Assembly (NCBI GenBank): GCA_025355565.1
Contig: JANXZK010000010.1
Span: 6,543-70,542, forward strand
DNA from: a bacterium
GTDB lineage: Bacteria; Patescibacteriota; Minisyncoccia; Phycocordibacterales; PALSA-1337
Length of the DNA: 64,000 bases
Direction: 5' to 3'
Shown here: in pieces, positions 18,674 through 27,199 of the stretch
How positions within the stretch are numbered: position 1 is the first letter of the stretch
Layout: the number at the start of each line of letters is the position of its first letter
Notes under the pieces: generated by a model
Databases searched by the model: none
What the model was told of the DNA's origin: nothing
Seen by the model: the letters and a program-made list of their open reading frames with translations, nothing else
Program-made: the position numbers and the translations under genes

Positions 18674-18905
18674 GCGGCAATTATAGTCTGAAAGCAGTTG
18701 GCTCGCTAGTGGTACCCTTTATTACTAGCTACAAGGCACCTATTGCTTTTTGCGTTGTAATGTGATATACTATATAGAAATTAACCACATCCCCGACGCA
18801 TGTGCGTTGGAATATGGATAAGGTGGATTAGCTCCTTGAAAGTTTCAAGGCAGAACAAAAAACGAGTACGCAGTGCGTGCCGTTAATACGGAAAGGTAAG
18901 ATAGT

Positions 18906-19592
18906 ATGATCAGCGCGAAATTGAAAATTATCGGTGTAGCTCCTGAAGCTGTCAGCCGGTTGCATGAGGCTCTCAAGGCCTCGTTCGAACTCCCAGGCAA
19001 TCTCAAGTTCAATACAAACGGCTGTCCGAAGACGGTACCGCACGCCTATATCGAGGAGTCCAAGTTCAGCCCCGACCATGGCACGTACACAGTGTTTCTG
19101 TCGCTGAACCTGTCAGAATCCTGCGGTGAAAATGGCGAACGGCCGAGCCATGATCGTCCGGATTACATCGTCCGTCTTTCGGGCAAGAGCTTGCAGCATA
19201 TTTTTCAGGCCGTTGACCCGAACCTGTTGCCTGATGAAGAGGTGCCAGTTCCGGCCGATGACGCTTCGAAGGAAATCCTGCGCAAGCGGGAGGTGCAGCA
19301 GACCCGAAACAGAGCAGATCAGGAAATTGCAAACCTGTATGCCATGCTCGCTTACAAGCCGCTGCCGTGCGACGTCAAGAATCTGGACGGCCGGGTGATT
19401 GTCGAGGCTCGCACCGACGTTACGCACGACCACCTTTGGACTATCCGGCACTGGAACATGGATCCTCCTGTGCACAATCTTCGAGGTGATTACCTTGACC
19501 TCGAATCAGTAGCCGACAAGAAGGTCAAAGCCCTGCTTCGCCAAGCTCGGGAGATGGAGGATAAACTTGACGATATGGAGAAATCTGCCTAA
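18906..19592 (+). CDS. Hypothetical protein in a high-GC (about 55%) island
   Basis: Long ORF with SD GAAAGGtaagatagtATG and a terminator immediately downstream. Composition differs sharply from the flanks. Confidence 0.6.
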   Translation: MISAKLKIIGVAPEAVSRLHEALKASFELPGNLKFNTNGCPKTVPHAYIEESKFSPDHGTYTVFLSLNLSESCGENGERPSHDRPDYIVRLSGKSLQHIFQAVDPNLLPDEEVPVPADDASKEILRKREVQQTRNRADQEIANLYAMLAYKPLPCDVKNLDGRVIVEARTDVTHDHLWTIRHWNMDPPVHNLRGDYLDLESVADKKVKALLRQAREMEDKLDDMEKSA

Positions 19593-19616
19593 ACCCAAAA
19601 CGGTCGTAAAATTTCG

Positions 19617-19640
19617 AAGCGCCTGACCAGCGCTTTTTTG
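19617..19640 (+). terminator. Rho-independent terminator
   Basis: AGCGCctgaccaGCGCTTTTTT. Confidence 0.6.
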
Positions 19641-19668
19641 CTGCTACAGTAATGATATAATTTTAGGT

Positions 19669-19866
19669 ATGAAAAAATTGGACGGAGTCACACTTCTCGA
19701 CACTGATCGCGTTGATATAGATAGACTGATTTTGGCGGCGAAAATATGCCAGAAGGATTTTGAGTTTGAGAAGGTGAGATTGCTCACATCAATAAAGTCT
19801 GATCACAAGGATATTTATAAAATCGCTCCAATCACCTCCAGATTTCTTCGGTATATAGTCCAATGA
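19669..19866 (+). CDS. Small hypothetical protein (65 aa), possibly leaderless
   Basis: Perfect extended -10 TGaTATAAT at 19653-19661, ending 7 nt before the ATG. No SD. Confidence 0.35.
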   Translation: MKKLDGVTLLDTDRVDIDRLILAAKICQKDFEFEKVRLLTSIKSDHKDIYKIAPITSRFLRYIVQ

Positions 19867-19955
19867 GTAACTTGTTTGAAATTAATTTCCATTTAAGTTT
19901 ATAAGATTTTGTTTGTTCTCCTTCCATATTTTTATCAAAATTATCATTCAGGTTA

Positions 19956-22900
19956 TTACTCCTCATCCATACCGCCGACTCTGTTATCCTCTCCTTCCAA
20001 GTAATATCCGCTGGCGCGGTTATATCCGCCTACTTTGAAATATGCCGAATCCATATTTGCGATAACCAGATCGTTGTTAGACCGGCCTTGTACAACTTTC
20101 TTCATGCCAATGGAGCGAGCATATGACCCGATGTAAGATTTTAATGCATTAGTCATCTGATCCTTATATTTTGTGCTGTATTCCGTGTTTGCTTCTACGT
20201 TGTCCACAACAAATGCCTTTTCATCATCGTCGTCGATACCAACCCAACACCAAGCCGCGGCTACCGGCACTTTTTTCTTTTCATCATAAATTGCGACAAT
20301 TTGCATACCCAAATCGGTCATATAGTCCGCGATCGTCGATTCCTCGCCCATATGTTCGCTATCGATGCGAATGCAACAATCAGTGTAGTTACCCATGTAC
20401 AAATCTACATCCGGATTGCGATCCCAAAGACCTACCCTTAGTGTTGTTCCTTCCAGTTCATCTTCCCTCTTATCCTCGAGCGTTCTCCTTATGGTATCGA
20501 AATCAGTGGAGCAATGATCCAAAGGCTCGGCGATTTTTTCAGATATCTCTTGAGTCAAGGCAAAAGATCTTTCGCCTCCAAGTATCTGACCAAGATATTT
20601 TTGCCTATCAGTCAGGAAACTATTAACTTGAAGCGAAAACTTATTGGATTTATCTAGAATATCTGTCTTAACTTTTTCAATCTCACCCTTCATCTTCTGG
20701 ATCTCCTTGCGCTTCTCCCGCGGACCTACAGTCGACGCTTCCATTTCAACAATCTTCTGCTCTTGTTTTTTAAGAGCCTCGAGATTTGTTGCGATGTCGT
20801 TCTTTAGAACGGTAAAGCGCCCAATATCGCCTATGAATCGCGACCAAGCCGTGACCGTCTTAGGCGATCTGATCTGTTTTTCAAGATGTGCGATTCCTTT
20901 TTCCATACCCGCTATTTTTGCCGGTTTTTCACTGGGTCTTGCCGCTTCCAAATCTTGACGTAGAGTTTCCAATTTTTTGCGTAAAGCATCTATATCAGCT
21001 ACAGGTATTTTATGTGCCGTCAACTCTTTTTCGTATTCACCCATGACTTCTTTATGCACTGCTATGAATTTATCGACAGAATCAGCTATACGTTCTACTG
21101 CAGGCTTTATTTGCTCGGAGACCATGCCATCCTGCTTTCCAAGATCAAAGAATGATTCTTCCTCATAATTGAGCCATGATTCTACATCGATTCCAATCTT
21201 AGTCATCGTAGCCGTTATCTCCGAATTTCGGCGATAATCCGCAAGCTTGTTCTGCAAGGCTATTCTGAAATCTCGGGAGTTCGCATCGATTTCAGGCCTT
21301 TGCGCAAATATTTCTTGCTTGGCAAGGAAAAGCGTCTGGATATTACTTTTTGATAGCTTATCTAGCGAATCAAACTTAAAGAGAAGTTTCAAACCATATT
21401 GTTCGTTGTTCACTAATGCCTCTCCCAGGAAAGGATAGCTGTCCAAGGTGGCGAATATACACTCATCACCAATCTGCGAATATATCGAGAGAAAAGCATC
21501 AACCGAATTAGAATACTTCGTCGCCAGCTTTGGAAATTTCTCTTGGAGCTTTCCTATAAACGTCCTGGCCATTGGATTAGCTTCCATGATATTCGCCACG
21601 TTTATACCGAGCGAAAGATCGGACATAAGCTTGCGCGCATTTTCGATTTTTCTTCCGGACAACATTTTAAGAAATAGAGCTTTTCCCGCTCCCTGGACCG
21701 GTTCAGACTTTAAAAAATCTGGCGAAAGACTTTTAGACTGCGTCTCAATACTATACAAATTTCCTTGGTTAAGCGTTGCAATGAATGCTTTCTGCATGGC
21801 ATCATCCAAATCCGCCGAATCGATCTTAAGCTTGTAGGCATTTTTTACAGCCAGAGCTTTTTCATTCCAACCATTTGCAATGTATGAACAATACAATTCT
21901 TTCACTACCTCTTCGGTTTCCGTAGCTGTCAAATGGAATTCGTCATAGATTGTTTTTGCGGTTTCCTCACTATGGTTTTTTTCATTAGTAAGCCAATACT
22001 CGAACGACTTCAGTGCTAACCGCCGAAGTTGTATCTCTTTCAATCCAAATTCTTTACCGTACTTTCTTATCTCTGGAGCATGCGGGACGAAAAGATATTC
22101 GTTGGACGTTTTTTGGCTACCTAACCCTTGTTCGACGGTATGAGATGCAACACCAACATTCTCAATAAGGCAGTCAGCCATTACATTCTCCAGATATTCT
22201 TTGCTTAGGCCGAAAACTTCGAAAGTCTTTATGATTCTCGACAAACCCCTAAGTTGTGAGATATGTTCGACTTTCCGAAACTCACTGCGTATACTCTCAT
22301 CGAAGATTGACCGAATCAGTTCTTGATTTCTCAGAATCGAAATAAAATTATAGGCGCTGACAAATTCATGAACACCTTTCCCAGCATCTTTGTATCGTTC
22401 GGTAATTTGAAATGAAAGCCCATCATTATTACTCTTGAAATACTCACCTTCATATCCGTATGACGAATCGACCAGATGTGGCATGACTGGTTTGATCTTT
22501 TCGTCTATCATCTTCTTGATATCCTCTTGGACCGTTGGACTTTTTAGAAATTCCTCGCAATTGCCAAAATCAAGCTTATCCGAGATCAGCCTCATTTCGC
22601 GGCTGCTCTTATTACTCTGACCGGATATCGCATTCAAAATGATCTTCTCCTTAAGTTGTTTAAAGTGTTCGGAATCCAAAGCGCTTCTGGGGAACTTCGC
22701 ATTGCGCAAAAATTCCGCGATTGTACTCGGTTGCACGCCCTCCATATTTACTAGGAATGTCAGGTATTCGACTTGGGCGGTCACGACTTCAGCTGACTTC
22801 TTGAATTCCTCGGAAAATAGGAAATTCTCACACAAGTCATTCATCCTGAAAATAGAATGTGCGTCCTTTGTGTGCAATGAACTCAAATAACTAGTTCGGG

Positions 22901-24272
22901 CTTTCCTGTCTAGCTCCTCGTCGGTAAAACCAGACTTTTTGAGCTCTTCCCTGCCTATTTTGAGACTTCTAATAGTTTCACCCTTTATGTCCTGAAAATA
23001 ATCATCAACGTATTTTGAAACAATCACCTTAAGTCTATCTGACTTTAAAACTTCGTCCGAAACCTTCATCGACTTAGCATGCGACATCAGTCCTTCGACT
23101 CGATTATAAATTTTATGAGGATCGATCGTTTCGCTTCGATTTGATAATTCAGCGGTGGCATATTCAGACAATACATACGCACCATTCTCCACGTTGAGCT
23201 GAGCAACTTCTTCTTTAAACTTATCATCTACGAGTTTTTGAATCTCCGGATACTCGCTCAGATCTCCCGGGAAGAGAGGTGATCGCGACATAGACTCAAG
23301 TTTCCAATAATTATCACCGTTATCTTCAGGACGATAACCACTGTATGTACCACCTTTTTCAAATGTAATACCTCGAACAAACTCGGCAAATTTCTCCGCA
23401 ACTAATCTTTGTACATTTTTAGAATGTATCTCCGCTTCGCTTAAGTTGCTGACTTTTCTAGCAAACTCGATCTTTTCCTTGTAGGAAAAAGATGAAACTC
23501 CATCGGCTTCCAAGTAAGCAACAAAACCGCGCTCTTTAAGCGCTTCCAATTCTTTTGGTGAATAATCGAAACCCATCTCTTTCATCACCTTTGTCAATGA
23601 CGCTATATTTTGCGCGGGCATCACTTCTTCGTACTCCTTTGCAAATTTTTCGTAACGCGGACGATCCCAGTCACTCCTAATACTCGACGCTGTCTCCTGA
23701 CGTCCCCTTAACCCATAGCAAATATTCGCTTGATGACGCAAATATCCGTCTTCGACCACCTTTTTCAATTCTTCATCCGAAGTCTCTGTTTTCTCTTTCC
23801 ACTCTTTGATTTCATCGAAATAAGTACTGTTCCTATAAGTACTATATCGACCGTCATATGTCCTGTCGATAAGTTTGTTTATATAACCGCGAATCAAAGT
23901 GTCTTTGGTCTCCTTAACATCCGGCGAGTCCGTATGAAGACATTTTTCTATCGCTTCGAGTTTGCCCTCAATCTCGTGAAGATGGGTGTAGTGCTCGTCG
24001 TTATACTTTTTTATCTCATTGACAAGTTTGGAGAACGTCTTCAATCTGACCTGTTTCAATTCATCAGCCGGAACGGCCGTTGTATCCAAATTGTCAGCTG
24101 TTTCGAATTCTTTGGCCAGAATTGCACGTTCATACAGTTTCAGTATCTTTTGTGCTTTTTCTCTGCTTTCGGCAGACGCTTCAACCGGAGTCGTCTGAGC
24201 AAGAGATGGCATTGCCTCTTTGGTACCTCCACCGTCAATAGGATCAGGTGATAGCCTTTCAGTGCTGTTCAT
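19956..24272 (-). CDS. Giant (1438-aa) soluble protein of unknown function
   Basis: Uninterrupted ORF with no signal peptide or TM segment. Long helical/coiled-coil stretch around aa 1040-1210. C-terminal Cys-containing domain of about 180 aa (…GNYTDCCIRIDSEHMG…AAAWCWVGIDDDDE…). No Walker, HExxH or other catalytic motif recognised. Confidence 0.85.
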   Translation of the reverse strand: MNSTERLSPDPIDGGGTKEAMPSLAQTTPVEASAESREKAQKILKLYERAILAKEFETADNLDTTAVPADELKQVRLKTFSKLVNEIKKYNDEHYTHLHEIEGKLEAIEKCLHTDSPDVKETKDTLIRGYINKLIDRTYDGRYSTYRNSTYFDEIKEWKEKTETSDEELKKVVEDGYLRHQANICYGLRGRQETASSIRSDWDRPRYEKFAKEYEEVMPAQNIASLTKVMKEMGFDYSPKELEALKERGFVAYLEADGVSSFSYKEKIEFARKVSNLSEAEIHSKNVQRLVAEKFAEFVRGITFEKGGTYSGYRPEDNGDNYWKLESMSRSPLFPGDLSEYPEIQKLVDDKFKEEVAQLNVENGAYVLSEYATAELSNRSETIDPHKIYNRVEGLMSHAKSMKVSDEVLKSDRLKVIVSKYVDDYFQDIKGETIRSLKIGREELKKSGFTDEELDRKARTSYLSSLHTKDAHSIFRMNDLCENFLFSEEFKKSAEVVTAQVEYLTFLVNMEGVQPSTIAEFLRNAKFPRSALDSEHFKQLKEKIILNAISGQSNKSSREMRLISDKLDFGNCEEFLKSPTVQEDIKKMIDEKIKPVMPHLVDSSYGYEGEYFKSNNDGLSFQITERYKDAGKGVHEFVSAYNFISILRNQELIRSIFDESIRSEFRKVEHISQLRGLSRIIKTFEVFGLSKEYLENVMADCLIENVGVASHTVEQGLGSQKTSNEYLFVPHAPEIRKYGKEFGLKEIQLRRLALKSFEYWLTNEKNHSEETAKTIYDEFHLTATETEEVVKELYCSYIANGWNEKALAVKNAYKLKIDSADLDDAMQKAFIATLNQGNLYSIETQSKSLSPDFLKSEPVQGAGKALFLKMLSGRKIENARKLMSDLSLGINVANIMEANPMARTFIGKLQEKFPKLATKYSNSVDAFLSIYSQIGDECIFATLDSYPFLGEALVNNEQYGLKLLFKFDSLDKLSKSNIQTLFLAKQEIFAQRPEIDANSRDFRIALQNKLADYRRNSEITATMTKIGIDVESWLNYEEESFFDLGKQDGMVSEQIKPAVERIADSVDKFIAVHKEVMGEYEKELTAHKIPVADIDALRKKLETLRQDLEAARPSEKPAKIAGMEKGIAHLEKQIRSPKTVTAWSRFIGDIGRFTVLKNDIATNLEALKKQEQKIVEMEASTVGPREKRKEIQKMKGEIEKVKTDILDKSNKFSLQVNSFLTDRQKYLGQILGGERSFALTQEISEKIAEPLDHCSTDFDTIRRTLEDKREDELEGTTLRVGLWDRNPDVDLYMGNYTDCCIRIDSEHMGEESTIADYMTDLGMQIVAIYDEKKKVPVAAAWCWVGIDDDDEKAFVVDNVEANTEYSTKYKDQMTNALKSYIGSYARSIGMKKVVQGRSNNDLVIANMDSAYFKVGGYNRASGYYLEGEDNRVGGMDEE

Positions 24273-24838
24273 CCCAAAATTGTAACATTTTGGACGATAA
24301 AATATAAGCTAGCTGTAATACTCTCTATCCACATGATACAAAATTTACCCTTCTACGCCCGACACCTGGCGCCGAGCGAACGCGAGAAGCAATGATTCAG
24401 GAGTAGTCAGGATTTTCAGCGAAAAAAGTTCGAACTTTGTTCAGGAAGACGATAAATAAAAAAACAAAAACTTTTACATCTTCCAGAAACATCGTCTCTA
24501 TCGTTATTATCGTCTCACTCTTAAAAAATAAGCTACAGAAAACAAAAATCTCCAGCTTCCTTCTAATCTTTTTACGGCTTCCTCTGCATTCTGAGTTAAG
24601 TCCGCTCGGGCACTCATCTTAAGAAAACGACAAAAACGCTTGGTATAAGTATCACGATACCATATTCGATTGATGTCAGTCCGACGATTGATCAGCGTTG
24701 TTCTCATAAAAATCAGCCAGACTGAATTTGGCAAAGCATTTCGAGTTCTTTTTGCTTCAACCTCAGATTAAGCAATAAACATCCTTCAAGTACAAAGTCA
24801 GCCCTAGCGGTTCATAGTTATGATATAATGATATATTC

Positions 24839-26410
24839 ATGGAGACGAATATTCATCTCATCATTCACAATATCGGCGCAGTGGTTTCCATCGTGACTAG
24901 TCTCGGAATAGTTGTGTTTGTGATCGTCAACAATCACAAAAAAACAGTCAACATAGTTCTGGCATTGACCAATCTTTCGGTTGCCATATTCGTCATTTCG
25001 CATCTCATTGGTGTGACTATCAGTGACCCACATCTCTCCCGTTTCATTTTATTTTTTAATTTGAGCGTTATCTTTATAGTCATATTTACGCTTCACACTG
25101 TTTTTGCCATCATAAATAAATTGAATGAGAGGAGGGGGATAATAATCTTCATATATATCGTTGGTATAATACTCACGATATTTTATATCATATTTCCCGA
25201 TTCGTTCCTTATAGACTCGGTGCCAAAAATGTATTTTCCCAATTACTATAATCCTGGACAATTTCACTGGGTGATGAGGGTCATATTCAATATTCTGGTT
25301 CCGCTCTATCTGTATTGGGAGGTGATCGATTCGTACAAAAATGGCAACAAAGCAAAGGATAGTAATAGAATCAAATATTTTTTGTATACGATGGTCTTCG
25401 GGTATGTTGTCGGATCCATCCCGATATTCCTAGTCTATAACGTATTGATCGATCCTGCCTGGGGAATCTGGTTCGTCCCTATCTATGCCATCCCGCTTGT
25501 GTATGGAGCGGTCACCTACGATATGGTGGATGTAAAGATCATCGCTCGAAAAGCTTTTCTCTATAGTTTGGCGATAGCTGTTATCGGCGTACTCATCGCT
25601 ATGATCAATCTAGCAAATCAATTCCTCCAATTTTACTATCCAGGATTCCCATTCTGGGCTATTCCACTACTGTCATCTTTGGTCGCTGTCGTGATCGCTG
25701 TCTTTGTGTGGAAGAAACTGCGTGAAGGAGATCTACTGAAATATGAGTTCATAACTATTGCCACGCACAAGTTCCGTACGCCTCTTACTCATATAAAATG
25801 GGCTACGGAAAATCTAACGAAGATCCCCATGCAACCAGAAGGCAGAGAACAGCTCGATTACATAACCAACGCAAATGGAAAGTTGATAGAGCTCACCAAC
25901 CTACTCGTCCGTGTTTCCGGATCATCTAATGATGGTTACTTCTATAGATTTGAGAAAACGGATATATCTAAGTTGACCAAAGAGGTCCTTACATCACTCG
26001 TGAGTCAATTACAGGCAAAAAAGATCCATGTAGAATCATATTTCGAATCAGATCTCTATGCTTCTCTCGATATATCTCGCATCAGGTTCGTTATCCAGGT
26101 CTTTATCGAGAATGCTATCCAATACACCATGAACCAGGGGATGATCACTGTAAGAGCGACCAGAGTCAACAAGGATGTTGTCTTTTCTGTGCATGATAGT
26201 GGTATCGGTATCAGCGCGGAGGAGATCCCCCTTTTGTTCACAAAGTTCTATCGCACCAAAGAAGCTAAACTGGCTGATACAGAAGGTATGGGCATTGGTC
26301 TGTTCATTTCTAGTGATACCATCGCGAGACATCATGGTCGTATCTGGGCAGAATCCGCAGGACTCAATAAAGGCAGTAGTTTCTTCTTTTCACTACCCTG
26401 TTCGAAGTAG
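24839..26410 (+). CDS. Sensor histidine kinase (polytopic N-terminal membrane domain, HisKA, HATPase_c)
   Basis: 6-8 TM helices. H-box IATHKFRTPLTHI. G-box region DSGIGISAEE…GMGIGLFIS. Confidence 0.85.
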   Translation: METNIHLIIHNIGAVVSIVTSLGIVVFVIVNNHKKTVNIVLALTNLSVAIFVISHLIGVTISDPHLSRFILFFNLSVIFIVIFTLHTVFAIINKLNERRGIIIFIYIVGIILTIFYIIFPDSFLIDSVPKMYFPNYYNPGQFHWVMRVIFNILVPLYLYWEVIDSYKNGNKAKDSNRIKYFLYTMVFGYVVGSIPIFLVYNVLIDPAWGIWFVPIYAIPLVYGAVTYDMVDVKIIARKAFLYSLAIAVIGVLIAMINLANQFLQFYYPGFPFWAIPLLSSLVAVVIAVFVWKKLREGDLLKYEFITIATHKFRTPLTHIKWATENLTKIPMQPEGREQLDYITNANGKLIELTNLLVRVSGSSNDGYFYRFEKTDISKLTKEVLTSLVSQLQAKKIHVESYFESDLYASLDISRIRFVIQVFIENAIQYTMNQGMITVRATRVNKDVVFSVHDSGIGISAEEIPLLFTKFYRTKEAKLADTEGMGIGLFISSDTIARHHGRIWAESAGLNKGSSFFFSLPCSK

Positions 26411-26522
26411 CGCAGTACAGTCCTCGTATTTCCAGCCATTGTCATGTCTCGAAATATACTCAGACTTTTCTCGCCCTATGATGCGAGCCAAGCAGTTGGC
26501 TCGCTAGTAGTATGCGGATATG

Positions 26523-26596
26523 TGCACCCTAGAGGGCTCGAACCTCTGACCTCACCCGTGTGAAGGGCGCGCTCTAGCCAACTGAGCTAAGGGTGC
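26523..26596 (-). tRNA. tRNA-Val(CAC)
   Basis: Minus-strand read GCACCCTTAGCTCAGTTGGCTAGAGCGCGCCCTTCACACGGGTGAGGTCAGAGGTTCGAGCCCTCTAGGGTGCA. Cloverleaf with anticodon loop TTCACAC. Confidence 0.85.
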
Positions 26597-26606
26597 TCTA
26601 TATTTG

Positions 26607-26677
26607 TCGGGGTGCCGGGAATCGAACCCGGACCTCACACTCCCGAAGCGTGTATACTACCACTATACTACACCCCG
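26607..26677 (-). tRNA. tRNA-Pro(CGG)
   Basis: CGGGGTG acceptor. Anticodon arm CACGC-TTCGGGA-GTGTG (same loop as E. coli tRNA-Pro CGG). T-arm CCGGGTTCGATTCCCGG. The D-arm is harder to fold by eye. Confidence 0.75.
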
Positions 26678-26712
26678 ATTTAACCACCAAAGCTATGAGC
26701 CAAGGCTGGTTG

Positions 26713-26785
26713 TGGACCATAGCGGACTCGAACCGCTCACCTCACCCATGCCATGGGTGCGCTCTACCAGATGAGCTAATGGCCC
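26713..26785 (-). tRNA. tRNA-Ala(GGC)
   Basis: GGGCCAT…CACCC-ATGGCAT-GGGTG…AGCGGTTCGAGTCCGCT-ATGGTCC-A. G3:U70 Ala identity pair present. Confidence 0.85.
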
Positions 26786-26875
26786 AAAACTATGTTTGAT
26801 AATGTATCACAAATTGAGATTTATTCAAAAATGAAGTATCCTTTTCATGAGGGTATATCATCGCTCCATTCATTC

Positions 26876-26945
26876 GGGCCTATAGTAAAGTAGCATTACG
26901 CAGCATTCGCATTGCTGAGGCGGGGGTGCGATCCCCCCTAGGTCC
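26876..26945 (+). tRNA. Non-canonical tRNA-Ala(CGC)-like gene (possibly a pseudo-tRNA)
   Basis: GGGCCTA-TA-GTAA-AGTAGCA-TTAC-G-CAGCA-TTCGCAT-TGCTG-AGGC-GGGGG-TGCGATC-CCCCC-TAGGTCC-A folds as a cloverleaf with G3:U70. The D-loop lacks G19 (AGTAGCA) and the T-loop is TGCGATC (G55 instead of U). Confidence 0.55.
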
Positions 26946-26988
26946 ACAAAAATAAGGAGCACAGAGGAGCGAAGCGACGAAGTGCGAC

Positions 26989-27145
26989 TATATTTTTGTA
27001 GGATGTCGCTGTAGCTTTGCGAAGGCGACGCCACAATGATGATATATTTTTGTAGGATGTCGCTGTAGCTTTGCGAAGGCGACGCCACAATGATGATATA
27101 TTTTTGTAGGATGTCGCTGTAGCTTTGCGAAGGCGACGCCACAAA
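26989..27145. repeat. 54-bp tandem direct repeat, about 2.9 copies
   Basis: Unit atatttttgtaggatgtcgctgtagctttgcgaaggcgacgccacaatgatgat at 26990, 27044 and 27098, with the last copy truncated. Each unit has an internal GTCGC…GCGAC inverted repeat. Confidence 0.8.
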
Positions 27146-27199
27146 AATCTGATATAATGAATCAGTCCTTTTATTAATTATCAATAGTAATTTCATCAA

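Noticed and set aside
19066-19475. Three overlapping ORFs of 88-120 aa on both strands inside the high-GC gene
   Set aside because: High-GC DNA generates long stop-free frames. Only the 228-aa plus-strand frame has an RBS and a terminator.
20171-24251. Numerous plus-strand ORFs of 60-170 aa inside the giant minus-strand gene. Similar antisense ORFs lie inside ychF (15831-16604), dnaK (56807-57574), uvrA, leuS and others.
   Set aside because: Antisense reading frames within long, confidently called genes. Low-complexity Ser/Leu/Arg-rich translations.
26989-27145. Possible CRISPR array
   Set aside because: The repeats are directly contiguous (54-bp period, no unique spacers) and there are no cas genes in the window.
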